DNA of 64,000 nt from an uncultured bacterium (lineage in GTDB: Bacteria > Omnitrophota > Gorgyraeia > Zapsychrales > Aceulaceae), in NCBI GenBank assembly GCA_937930175.1, contig CALGLP010000022.1, positions 66,585-130,584 on the forward strand, read 5' to 3'. The translations under genes were made by a program, and so were the position numbers. The notes below the pieces were generated by a model, which saw only the letters and a program-made list of their open reading frames with translations, made no database searches and was not told the origin of the DNA. Shown here one piece after another: positions 37,205 to 46,527 of this stretch. The first letter of the stretch is position 1. Each line of letters opens with the position of its first letter.

Positions 37205-38239
37205 ATGCATAAAAAGCTTTGGGAAATCGCAGCACATCTTAAGGGTCAAGTTCAAGGCGATGATAACATCGTGATTACTGGTATTTCCGGCATCAAGGAG
37301 GCAGGGCCCGGGGACATCACGTTTGTTGCCAATGCTAAATATTTCCCTTTGGTAGAATCCACGAAAGCTTCAGCGATTATTGTGCCTCGTGATATTGGGG
37401 CTAGCGCAAGAAATTTTATTCTTGTTGATAACCCTTCGCTTGCATTTGCTCAAATTGCCGCATTTGTTTTAGGTGAGCAAGAGCACCAGCTCAAAGGTAT
37501 TCATCCAACGGCTGTGATTGCCCAAGATGTAAGCATAGGAACAAATGTTCGTATCGGTGCCCATACGGTTATTGAAGGCAAGGCTGTGATCGGCGATGAT
37601 ACGGTTATTTACAGTGGTTGTTTTGTTGGGCATGAGACGTCTATTGGTTCGAAATGTTTGGTTTATCCTAATGTTACAATTCGTGAGCGTTTATCCATTG
37701 GTCATCGTGTGATTATTCATTCGGGGACTGTGATTGGTTCAGATGGTTTTGGTTTTGCTCAGGTTGAAGGCGTTCATCACAAAATTCCTCAGGTGGGTAC
37801 CGTGGTGATTGAAGATGATGTCGAGATTGGAGCCAATGTCACGATTGATCGGGCACGGTTTGATAAAACAGTGATCGGTCAAGGAACCAAGATCGACAAT
37901 CTTGTGCAGATTGCGCATAATGTTGTTATTGGGCGACATTGTATTATTGTTGCTCAGACGGGCATTTCAGGAAGTGTTGAGATCAAAGAAGGTGCTATCT
38001 TAGCCGGTCAGTCTGGTATTGCCGGGCATCTGACTATTGGCGAAGGCGCGATTGTTGGGGCTCAGGCGGGTGTGACAAAATCTGTTGCGGCTAAGACCTT
38101 TGTTTCTGGGTACCCGGCTAAGCCGCATGAGAAGGCAAAGAAAGTCAATGCCGCCTTGCAGCGATTACCTGAACAGATTAAAACGATTAACGCGCTGAAA
38201 GCCAAAGTGGCTATGCTTGAAGAAAGACTTAAGGTTTAA
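37205..38239 (+). CDS. lpxD: UDP-3-O-(3-hydroxyacyl)glucosamine N-acyltransferase
   Basis: LpxD N-terminal domain followed by hexapeptide left-handed beta-helix repeats; synteny skp-lpxD-fabZ-lpxA. Confidence 0.9.
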   Translation: MHKKLWEIAAHLKGQVQGDDNIVITGISGIKEAGPGDITFVANAKYFPLVESTKASAIIVPRDIGASARNFILVDNPSLAFAQIAAFVLGEQEHQLKGIHPTAVIAQDVSIGTNVRIGAHTVIEGKAVIGDDTVIYSGCFVGHETSIGSKCLVYPNVTIRERLSIGHRVIIHSGTVIGSDGFGFAQVEGVHHKIPQVGTVVIEDDVEIGANVTIDRARFDKTVIGQGTKIDNLVQIAHNVVIGRHCIIVAQTGISGSVEIKEGAILAGQSGIAGHLTIGEGAIVGAQAGVTKSVAAKTFVSGYPAKPHEKAKKVNAALQRLPEQIKTINALKAKVAMLEERLKV

Positions 38240-38243
38240 CAAT

Positions 38244-39575
38244 ATGAATGCTAAACAAAAAACGATTCAGCAGGAAATTTCAGTCCAGGGCAAAGGGCTT
38301 CATTTAGGAAAAGAGGCTAAGGTTGTTTTTAAGCCAGCCCAAGAAAATAGCGGGATTTGTTTTATGCGCGTTGATCTTCCTGGGAAACCAACGGTTAAAG
38401 CGGAATACACGAATATTTTACATCAAGAGGCCCTGTCGCGTTGTACTTCGATTAAGGACGGTGAGGCGGTTGTTCATACCGTTGAGCACGTGATGGCTGT
38501 TTTGTGTGGGCTTCAGATTGATAATCTTCTTATTGAAATTAATGCCGAAGAGCTGCCTGGGCTTGATGGCAGCGGAAGGGATTATTATCAAGCCCTTAAA
38601 AAAGGTGTTGTTGCGCAAAGAGCGGAAAGGAAGTTTATTGATATCAAGGAGCCTATTTGTCTTGAAGATGGCGATTCGTCTCTTTTTGCAACGCCCGCGA
38701 CAGAGCTCAAGGTTTCCTATTTGCTTGATTATCAGCATCCTGTTTTGAATGCTCAATTCTTTAGCCGAGAAATAAATGAACAGGTTTTTGAAAAGGAAAT
38801 TTCTTCATCGAGGACATTTTGTCTTGAAAGCGAAGCGCAAGCGCTTCAAGGTCAGGGCTTGGGCAAAGGTGCTAACCATACCAACACCCTTGTTGTGACC
38901 GATTCTGGCGTCAAAGAAAATACACTTCGTTTTCCAGATGAATTTGTTCGTCATAAAGTTCTTGATCTTGTTGGCGATCTTTATCTTTTAGGTCGGCCTG
39001 TCCGTGGTCATATTTTTGGCATGAAAAGCGGACATCGGCTTAATCGACGATTGCTTCAAAGAATTGTTGAGCAAAATGAAAAATATGAAAAGATTTTCAC
39101 CCCGAAAGCCTTCGAGCATGTGGGCAAGACTGTTCTTGATATTAATGCGATCCGAGACATTTTGCCGCATCGCTATCCTTTTTTGTTTGTTGATCGGGTG
39201 ATTGAGCTTACGCCTGGCAAGCGTGCGGTTGCCGTTAAGAATGTGACGGCGAATGAGCCTTTTTTTCAAGGTCATTTTCCAGACAAGCCTGTGATGCCAG
39301 GGGTTTTGATGATTGAGGCCATGGCGCAGGTAGGGGGCATCGCGGTTTTAACAGATCCTGAGAACAAGGATAAGCTTGCGTTATTTATGGCCATTGATAA
39401 TGTAAAATTCCGTAAAGTCGTTGAGCCTGGCGATCAATTGGTTTTTGAGGTAGATGTTCTAAGATGCAAATCACGTTTTGCTCAGGTGAAGGGTCTTGCG
39501 AAAGTTGATGATAAGGTTGTGGTTGAGGCGGACTTAATGTTTTCTTTTACTGATTTATCTTATTTGCGAAGCTAG
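38244..39575 (+). CDS. lpxC/fabZ: Bifunctional UDP-3-O-acyl-GlcNAc deacetylase / 3-hydroxyacyl-ACP dehydratase (LpxC-FabZ fusion)
   Basis: N-terminal ~280 aa of LpxC (TIQQEISVQGKGLHLGK..., HTVEHV, HKVLDLVGDL); C-terminal ~150 aa hot-dog FabZ (LPHRYPFLFVDRV, GHFP..PVMPGVL). Confidence 0.9.
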   Translation: MNAKQKTIQQEISVQGKGLHLGKEAKVVFKPAQENSGICFMRVDLPGKPTVKAEYTNILHQEALSRCTSIKDGEAVVHTVEHVMAVLCGLQIDNLLIEINAEELPGLDGSGRDYYQALKKGVVAQRAERKFIDIKEPICLEDGDSSLFATPATELKVSYLLDYQHPVLNAQFFSREINEQVFEKEISSSRTFCLESEAQALQGQGLGKGANHTNTLVVTDSGVKENTLRFPDEFVRHKVLDLVGDLYLLGRPVRGHIFGMKSGHRLNRRLLQRIVEQNEKYEKIFTPKAFEHVGKTVLDINAIRDILPHRYPFLFVDRVIELTPGKRAVAVKNVTANEPFFQGHFPDKPVMPGVLMIEAMAQVGGIAVLTDPENKDKLALFMAIDNVKFRKVVEPGDQLVFEVDVLRCKSRFAQVKGLAKVDDKVVVEADLMFSFTDLSYLRS

Positions 39576-39581
39576 AACAAA

Positions 39582-40355
39582 ATGAGTATTCATAAAACAG
39601 CGATAATTCATGCAAGTGCTAAGATCGCCGATGATGTTGTGATTGGGCCCTATAGCGTGATTGGCAAGGGCGTGTCCTTGGCCAAGGGCGTCAAGATCGC
39701 GAGCCATTGTGTTGTGGAGGGCCGCACATCCATTGGTCCTTATACGGAAGTTTTTACCGGCGCGGTTATTGGTAGTATTCCACAAGATCGAAAATTTAAG
39801 AAAGAAGAAAAAACGTATCTTGAGATTGGTGCTAATAATATTATTCGTGAATATGTTACCATCAATCCAGGTACTGGTGAAGGTGGCAAGACGATCGTCG
39901 GGAATGATAATCTTTTTATGGCCTATTCCCATATTGCGCACGATTGCATTGTGGGCAATGATTGCACGATCGCTAACGTTGGCACCTTGGCAGGTCATGT
40001 CACGCTTGAAGACCATGTGGTGATTGGGGGCTTAACAGCGATTCATCAGTTTGTCCGCTTAGGTCGCTTTGCGATTATTGGCGGTTGTTCTAAAGTTGTT
40101 CAAGATATTCCTCCGTTTTCAACTTGTGATGGGCACCCCGCGCGAGTTTATGGACTCAATCTTGTGGGTCTGAAGCGTGCCGGTTTTAGCAGTCAAACTC
40201 TTCGTGAGTTGAAAAAGGCCTTTAAGATCTTATTTTTTTCAGAATTGACAAAATCAACTGCCGTTGAAGAAATCAAGAAACAAATCTCTCTGAATCCTGA
40301 CATTGAGCATCTTTTGCATTTTGTGCAAACTTCTCAAAGGGGACTTTGTAGCTAA
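39582..40355 (+). CDS. lpxA: Acyl-ACP--UDP-N-acetylglucosamine O-acyltransferase
   Basis: MSIHKTAIIHASAKIADDVVIGPY...; hexapeptide repeats plus the C-terminal helical domain typical of LpxA. Confidence 0.9.
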   Translation: MSIHKTAIIHASAKIADDVVIGPYSVIGKGVSLAKGVKIASHCVVEGRTSIGPYTEVFTGAVIGSIPQDRKFKKEEKTYLEIGANNIIREYVTINPGTGEGGKTIVGNDNLFMAYSHIAHDCIVGNDCTIANVGTLAGHVTLEDHVVIGGLTAIHQFVRLGRFAIIGGCSKVVQDIPPFSTCDGHPARVYGLNLVGLKRAGFSSQTLRELKKAFKILFFSELTKSTAVEEIKKQISLNPDIEHLLHFVQTSQRGLCS

Positions 40356-41170
40356 TGTCGCAAGACAAGCCAATCCTGGGACTCATCGCCGGTAATGGTA
40401 AATTTCCATTTCTTTTTGCGCACCAAGCGCGTCGTCAACATTTTAAAGTTGTGGCTGTTGCGATCAAAGGGGATACCTCTTTTTTCTTGCAAGGGGCAGT
40501 TGATCAAATGATCTGGGTCGGGCCCGGAGAGTTGGCTAAGCTCTTTTCGTTTTTTAAAGCCCAAGGCGTGACCAAGGTGATCATGGCAGGCCAAGTAAGT
40601 CCAAGCAATCTTTTTAATGAGCGTTTGGCCTTAGATGATGAATTTAAGAAGTTATTTCAGGCCCTCAAAGATCGTAAGGCCGATACAATTTTTTCTGCGG
40701 TTGCAGATAAACTCAAAAGCCATGGTATGGAGCTTTTAAACTCTACATTTCTTCTTTCTAACCATATGGCGCCTAAAGGAACCCTAACAAAGAGAGATCC
40801 AAGCTCGCAAGAGCTTGCGGATATTACTTTTGGTTGTGTTATCGCGAAGCTGATGGGCGGTATTGACGTCGGACAGACTGTTGTGGTCAAAGATAAAGCC
40901 ATTGTGGCCATTGAGGCCATGGAAGGCACAGATAAAACTATTGTGCGTGGGGGTGCGATTGCGCGTCAAGGGGCTGTGGTTATTAAAACGAGTAAGCCAA
41001 GTCAAGACGTGCGTTTTGATATTCCGGTCGTAGGTCCACGGACGATTAAACATATGATACAAGTTAAAGCATCATGCTTGGCCATAGAAGCTGGAAAAAC
41101 TTTGATGATTGATCGGGATACCTGCGTGCGGCTTGCCGATCAATACAAAATATGTATAGTCGGCGTGTGA
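40355..41170 (+). CDS. lpxI: LpxI-family (DUF1009) UDP-2,3-diacylglucosamine hydrolase
   Basis: ILGLIAGNGKFP N-terminus and GQTVVVKDKAIVAIEAMEGTDKTIVRGG match LpxI conservation; located directly after lpxA. Confidence 0.75.
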   Translation: MSQDKPILGLIAGNGKFPFLFAHQARRQHFKVVAVAIKGDTSFFLQGAVDQMIWVGPGELAKLFSFFKAQGVTKVIMAGQVSPSNLFNERLALDDEFKKLFQALKDRKADTIFSAVADKLKSHGMELLNSTFLLSNHMAPKGTLTKRDPSSQELADITFGCVIAKLMGGIDVGQTVVVKDKAIVAIEAMEGTDKTIVRGGAIARQGAVVIKTSKPSQDVRFDIPVVGPRTIKHMIQVKASCLAIEAGKTLMIDRDTCVRLADQYKICIVGV

Positions 41171-41183
41171 GAAATGAGTTGCC

Positions 41184-42518
41184 ATGCAAATCTTTGAGAA
41201 AATTTTAGCTGATTTAAGCAACATGGTTTGGGGGCCAGCCATGCTATTTTTTCTTTTCGGCACCCATCTTTTTTTAACCTTCCGTTTAAAAGTGATCCAG
41301 CGTTATCTTGGCAAGGCCATCAAGCTTTCTTTGGAAAGGGGCCATGAAGGCGAGGGCGACGTGAGCCATTTTGGCGCGCTCACCACAGCCTTGGCCGCCA
41401 CAGTGGGGACGGGAAATATTATTGGTGTTGCCACAGCGATTGCGGCGGGTGGGCCGGGCGCTGTTTTATGGATGTGGCTCACAGGCGTCTTTGGCATTGC
41501 CACAAAATATGCCGAAGCGTTGCTGTCTGTTAAATTTCGCGTGCGCAACAAAAAGGGACAAATGGCTGGCGGGCCAATGTATGTTTTAGAAAAAGGAATG
41601 AAAAATAAAGGACTGGCGATCGCGTTCGCGGCGTTTACAGCTGTTGCCGCGTTTGGTATTGGCAACATGGTTCAGGCCAATTCGATTGCCGCCTTGATGA
41701 AGGAAACGTTTGGCGCATCGCCTTGGATCACGGGTATCGCGATTACGGTTTTTACAGGATGTGTTATTTTAGGCGGAATTACGTCGATTGCCCGCACATG
41801 TGAAAAGTTTGTTCCCTTGATGATGATGTTTTACATTTTAGGATGCGTCATTTTGCTTTGTATGAAGTGGCAAACAGTGCCACAAACACTAGGGCTCATT
41901 TTTACAAGCGCGTTTACAGGTCAGGCAGCATTGGGCGGATTCTTGGGCGCCGGCATGAAGGAAGCCATGCGTTTTGGTGTTGCGCGAGGCCTCTTTTCGA
42001 ATGAGGCTGGCATGGGAAGCGCGCCCATCGTCGCCGCCGCTGCAAGAACAAGCAATCCTGTCCGTCAGGCCCTTGTTTCATCAACGGGAGTTTTTTGGGA
42101 TACGGTGGTGACTTGTGCGCTCACGGGACTTGTGCTTGTGAATTCAGGATTTTGGAGGCAAGGCTTAAAAGGTGCTGCATTAACCAAGGCTGCGTTTAGT
42201 GATTTGACATGGATTGGGCCTGTGATGTTAACTATTGGGCTTCTAACCTTTGTTTTGTCAACGATTCTTGGTTGGTCTTATTATGGAGAAAAGGCTGTGG
42301 AGTATCTTTGGGGGGAGCGGGCGATTTTTCCTTATCGCTATTTATGGGTCGTGGCTGTTATGGTTGGATCGGTTGTGACGTTGCCGATGGTTTGGTCCTT
42401 TGCGGATATCGCGAATGCGTTGATGGCGATTCCTAATCTTGTGGCCCTTTGGGCCTTGAATGGTATTTTGGTGGAAGAAACACGTATGCATTTGTGGTGC
42501 GAAAAGCGTCCTGCATAA
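41184..42518 (+). CDS. Sodium:alanine (amino acid:cation) symporter, AGCS family
   Basis: ~11 transmembrane segments; conserved ALTTALAATVGTGNIIGVATAI and GWSYYGEKA motifs of AGCS transporters. Confidence 0.9.
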   Translation: MQIFEKILADLSNMVWGPAMLFFLFGTHLFLTFRLKVIQRYLGKAIKLSLERGHEGEGDVSHFGALTTALAATVGTGNIIGVATAIAAGGPGAVLWMWLTGVFGIATKYAEALLSVKFRVRNKKGQMAGGPMYVLEKGMKNKGLAIAFAAFTAVAAFGIGNMVQANSIAALMKETFGASPWITGIAITVFTGCVILGGITSIARTCEKFVPLMMMFYILGCVILLCMKWQTVPQTLGLIFTSAFTGQAALGGFLGAGMKEAMRFGVARGLFSNEAGMGSAPIVAAAARTSNPVRQALVSSTGVFWDTVVTCALTGLVLVNSGFWRQGLKGAALTKAAFSDLTWIGPVMLTIGLLTFVLSTILGWSYYGEKAVEYLWGERAIFPYRYLWVVAVMVGSVVTLPMVWSFADIANALMAIPNLVALWALNGILVEETRMHLWCEKRPA

Positions 42519-42623
42519 GTCTTACAGTTATTAAAATCTATCGAATATTCTATTGCTTGCATTTTTGTTTTAGGCTTTTTATAATAAAACTTCAAAAAGA
42601 TAACTAAAATAACAAGGTTGGCG

Positions 42624-44186
42624 ATGTCTTCGTTTAATGCAAAAAAAGTTTTTTTCTCCGGCAATGAAGCCTTGGCTCAAGGCGCGTACGAAGCTGGGGT
42701 CAAGGTTGCCGCGGCCTACCCGGGAACACCATCGACGGAAATCCTGCAAGCTATTTCCCGTTTTAACGAAATTGACAGCCAGTGGTCTGTGAATGAAAAG
42801 GTGGCCTTTGAGGTCGCTTTAGGAGCCGCGATTGGTGGGGCAAGGGCGTTGTATGCCTCGAAACATGTTGGCATCAACGTCGCTATGGACCCAATGATGA
42901 CTTCGGCGTATACAGGCATTAATGCTGGGTTTGTGATTGTGTGTTGTGACGATCCCGGGCTTCATTCTTCTCAAAATGAGCAAGATAATCGCATTTTGGC
43001 GCAGGCAGCCAAGATTCCTCTTTTAGAACCTTCGTCGGCGCAAGAAGCGTATTTTTTTGTTCAAGAGGCTTTTCGCTTGAGCGAAGAGTTTGACACGCCT
43101 GTGTTTTTGCGCATGACCACGCGTATTTGCCATGCCAAAGAAGATATTTTGATTGACAAAAGAAAAGAAGTGCTAGCCAAATCCTTTAACATGGATGTGG
43201 CGAAATATGTCATGGTTCCTGGCAATGCCTATCGTCGGCACATTGTTCTTGAACAGCGTTTGGAAGAGCTTAAGAAGTTTTCCAACGCATCGAGTTTAAA
43301 TGTTGTTGAAATGAAAGACACTAAGATTGGTGTGATTACAAACGGATCAGCTTATCTTTATGTTAAGGAAATGATGCCGCAGATGTCGATTTTAAAATTG
43401 GGCATGAGCTTTCCTTTTCCTGACGATGTGGTGAAAACATTTGCTTCAAAAGTGGAAAAAGTTCTTGTGATCGAAGAGCTTGATTCTTTTATTGAAGACA
43501 AAGTCAAAGCGCTTGGCATTCCATGCACAGGAAAAGATAGATCTTTTTGTATTGGCGAATTAAGGCCTGAACATATTCCTCTTATTATTGAAGGAAAAAC
43601 AAGGGAGCCAGAGGTGTTTGCTGGCCGTAAGCCATCGCTTTGTCCAGGGTGTGGGCATCGCATGGTTTTTAATGTCTTAAAAGAGCTTCAAGTGACTGTT
43701 TCCGGCGACATTGGTTGCTATACTCTGGGAGTTTTGCCACCTTTTAGCAGTATTCATACGTGCGTTTGCATGGGTGCTGGCATCACGATGTTTGAAGGTC
43801 TCAGGCGCGCCCAAAACAATAATGTAGTCGGCGTTATTGGAGACTCGACTTTTGTTCACTCAGGAATCACAGGGCTCATCAACGCCGCGTATAATAAAAT
43901 GACAGGTGTGATTATTGTTTTGGACAATAGCATTACTGCCATGACTGGTGGGCAGCCTCATCCAGGCGTTGGCTTGACGCTTAAGGGCGAGAAGACAAAG
44001 ACATTGAGCCTTGAAAAGATTGTTCAAGCTAGTGGCGCGGATCATGTGGATGTGATGGATCCAGCATTGATGAATGATTTCAAAAAATTATTAAAGAAGC
44101 GTATGCGTCAGAAAAAGCTTTCTGTTATCATTGCGCGAAGGCCGTGTAAGCTTTTAATGGACAAACAGAAGAAAACAAAATTGTAG
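42624..44186 (+). CDS. iorA: Indolepyruvate:ferredoxin oxidoreductase alpha subunit (TPP enzyme), short form without a C-terminal ferredoxin domain
   Basis: GNEALAQGAYEAGVKVAAAYPGTPSTEI N-terminus and the CPGCGH TPP-binding region; pairs with iorB downstream. The ORF-track start is TTG 42618. Confidence 0.85.
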   Translation: MSSFNAKKVFFSGNEALAQGAYEAGVKVAAAYPGTPSTEILQAISRFNEIDSQWSVNEKVAFEVALGAAIGGARALYASKHVGINVAMDPMMTSAYTGINAGFVIVCCDDPGLHSSQNEQDNRILAQAAKIPLLEPSSAQEAYFFVQEAFRLSEEFDTPVFLRMTTRICHAKEDILIDKRKEVLAKSFNMDVAKYVMVPGNAYRRHIVLEQRLEELKKFSNASSLNVVEMKDTKIGVITNGSAYLYVKEMMPQMSILKLGMSFPFPDDVVKTFASKVEKVLVIEELDSFIEDKVKALGIPCTGKDRSFCIGELRPEHIPLIIEGKTREPEVFAGRKPSLCPGCGHRMVFNVLKELQVTVSGDIGCYTLGVLPPFSSIHTCVCMGAGITMFEGLRRAQNNNVVGVIGDSTFVHSGITGLINAAYNKMTGVIIVLDNSITAMTGGQPHPGVGLTLKGEKTKTLSLEKIVQASGADHVDVMDPALMNDFKKLLKKRMRQKKLSVIIARRPCKLLMDKQKKTKL

Positions 44187-44190
44187 ATTG

Positions 44191-44691
44191 ATGACATCAA
44201 ACGTTCAAAATAATACCAACATCATTTTTTATGGCATCGGAGGCCAGGGAGTCTTAAAGGCTTCGGAGGCTTGCAGCGTGGCGGCGCTTGTGGCAGGATA
44301 TCGCGTGAAAAAGACGGAGATTCATGGCATGTCTCAGCGTGGTGGCTCTGTTGAATCATCAGTGCGTTTTGGTAAAGATGTTATTTCCCCGTTGATCCCA
44401 AAAGGTGAAGCGGATTTTATGATTTGCCTGCATCCGGAAGAACATAAAAACCCAGAAGGATTGCTAAGGGCTCAGGGGATAGATCTGATTGCCTATACGC
44501 ATAAGGCATATGAGGTTTTGGCCGACAATAAGATATTTGTGAACAGTTTTTTGCTAGGAGTTCTTTCAGGGTATTTAATGATGTCCGAGGACCATTGGAT
44601 CAAGGCGCTTAAAAATGTTTTCGGTGAAAAGAGACAAAAAGAAAATCTAACCTTTTTCAAGGAAGGTCGAGCATGGGCCAAACGACTATGA
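44191..44691 (+). CDS. iorB: Indolepyruvate oxidoreductase beta subunit
   Basis: IIFYGIGGQGVLKASE...; ~165 aa; immediately follows iorA. The ORF-track start is TTG 44188. Confidence 0.85.
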   Translation: MTSNVQNNTNIIFYGIGGQGVLKASEACSVAALVAGYRVKKTEIHGMSQRGGSVESSVRFGKDVISPLIPKGEADFMICLHPEEHKNPEGLLRAQGIDLIAYTHKAYEVLADNKIFVNSFLLGVLSGYLMMSEDHWIKALKNVFGEKRQKENLTFFKEGRAWAKRL

Positions 44692-45989
44692 TTTGGAATG
44701 AAAAAGTAGAATGCATGAAGCTGGAAGATCTCAAAAATCTTCAAAGCGAGCGGTTTGCGAAATTGGTGAGCTATGCCAACGAGCATTCGCAGTTTTATCG
44801 TTCTAAATTTCATCACGTGGGTATTAATCTAAAAAGTATTCGCACTATTGATGATATTTTGAAACTGCCTTTGACGACCAAGGATGAGCTAAGAGAACAG
44901 TATCCTTTTGGTCTTAAGGCGACATCGATCGATCGCATTTTAGAGACCCATGTCACCAGTGGAACAACGGGTAATCCTGTGGCTATTGGATATACACGCG
45001 CGGATCTTGATCTTTGGGCTGAGGTTGTGGCACGAGCGCTTTGTTGTAGCGGAGCGGTTCCTGGAAACATGATCCAGGTGGCCTACGGTTATGGGCTTTT
45101 TACAGGAGGATTAGGACTTCATTATGGGGCGCAGAAGTTGGGGCTCACCGTGATCCCTTGCTCGTCGGGCCAAACCAAACGTCAATTGAAGCTCATGAGA
45201 GATTTTAAACCACAGATCTTGGCCTGTACGCCGTCGTATGCTCTTTATATGGTTGAAGGGGCGTTGGAAGAGAAAATGGATCCATCGGAGAGTTCTTGGA
45301 AGATTGGTATTTTTGGCGCAGAACCTTGGAGTGAGGCGATGCGCACGCAAATCGAAAAGACATGGGGCATGGTGGCAACAGATATTTATGGTCTCTGCGA
45401 AATCATTGGCCCTGGTGTTGCTCAGGAATGCCATCACAAAAAGGGGCTGCATCTTTTTTCTGATGTGTTTTATCCAGAAGTTTTGGATCCTGAGACCAGT
45501 AAGCCGGTTGGGGAGGGAGAAAGCGGGGTTCTTGTTTTAACGACGTTGACCAAAGAAGGTATGCCGCTTATTCGTTATGTAACGCGAGATATTGTGACGA
45601 TGACAAGCCAGAAATGTCCTTGTGGACGGACATCACCCCGTATTAGCAAAATTAAAGGCCGTACCGATGATATGATCATTGTGCGCGGGATCAATGTTTT
45701 TCCATCGCAGATCGAGCATATTCTTTTGAATATCGAAGAAACGCATCCGCATTATCAGATTATTGTTGATCGCGAGATAAGAGGCCTTGATCAAGTGGAA
45801 GTCATGGTGGAGATCAAGGAGGAATTTTTCTCAGATGAGATTAAAAAGTTAAGTAGTATTCAGGAGCGTATCGAGAAACGTATTGAATCGAATTTGGGGA
45901 TTTCCGCCAAGGTCCGTTTGGTGGAACCGCAAACCATTGCGCGCAGTGAAGGTAAGGCGAAGCGCGTCATTGATCGACGGCAATTATAA
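44673..45989 (+). CDS. paaK: Phenylacetate--CoA ligase (adenylate-forming enzyme)
   Basis: AMP-binding motif TSGTTGNP, YGLTE-like YGLCE and ~435 aa length typical of PaaK. Confidence 0.85.
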   Translation: MGQTTMIWNEKVECMKLEDLKNLQSERFAKLVSYANEHSQFYRSKFHHVGINLKSIRTIDDILKLPLTTKDELREQYPFGLKATSIDRILETHVTSGTTGNPVAIGYTRADLDLWAEVVARALCCSGAVPGNMIQVAYGYGLFTGGLGLHYGAQKLGLTVIPCSSGQTKRQLKLMRDFKPQILACTPSYALYMVEGALEEKMDPSESSWKIGIFGAEPWSEAMRTQIEKTWGMVATDIYGLCEIIGPGVAQECHHKKGLHLFSDVFYPEVLDPETSKPVGEGESGVLVLTTLTKEGMPLIRYVTRDIVTMTSQKCPCGRTSPRISKIKGRTDDMIIVRGINVFPSQIEHILLNIEETHPHYQIIVDREIRGLDQVEVMVEIKEEFFSDEIKKLSSIQERIEKRIESNLGISAKVRLVEPQTIARSEGKAKRVIDRRQL

Positions 45990-46000
45990 GGGAGGGTCAA

Positions 46001-46432
46001 ATGAAGATAACACAGATTTCTATTTTTCTCGAAAATAAACGTGGGCGGCTTTGCGAGGTGGCAGAGTTGCTAGGGAAGAACAATATTAACATTCGTGCGC
46101 TGACGATTGCCGATGCCAAGGATTTTGGTGTCTTGCGTATTGTTGTGGATAAGCCTCAGGAGGCGGTCGGGATTTTGAAAGAGCACAAGATGGTTGCGAC
46201 CTTGACGGATATTGTGGTCACGGAGGTTGGGGATCAGCCTGGTGGACTCGCAAGCGTGTTGCGGCTTTTGGATGACAACAAGATCAACGTTGAATATATG
46301 TATGGATTTGTTGAAAAGTTTTCAGACAAGGCACTGATGGTCTTTCGTTTTGATAATACAGATGAAGCGATCAAGCTTCTGCAAAAAAATAATTTTAAAG
46401 TGATCAAAGAAGAAGAAATTAAAAGTCTTTAG
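46001..46432 (+). CDS. ACT-domain protein (two ACT repeats)
   Basis: Two beta-alpha-beta-beta-alpha-beta ACT-like units (ITQISIFLENKRGRL..., TLTDIVVTEVGDQPGGL...); commonly co-located with paaK/iorAB. Confidence 0.75.
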   Translation: MKITQISIFLENKRGRLCEVAELLGKNNINIRALTIADAKDFGVLRIVVDKPQEAVGILKEHKMVATLTDIVVTEVGDQPGGLASVLRLLDDNKINVEYMYGFVEKFSDKALMVFRFDNTDEAIKLLQKNNFKVIKEEEIKSL

Positions 46433-46440
46433 AGATTTCA

Positions 46441-46475
46441 GGGGCCCCAAGGCAAGTGCCTTGGGGCCCTTTGAA
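46441..46475 (+). terminator. Rho-independent terminator after the ACT gene: GGGGCCCCAAGG-caagtg-CCTTGGGGCCC followed by TTTG
   Basis: 12-bp GC-rich perfect stem followed by a short T tract. Confidence 0.7.
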
Positions 46476-46527
46476 GAAAAAGATTAATTATTTCTTAAAG
46501 GGATTTTAGAATAGGAGGGGTTAAATT

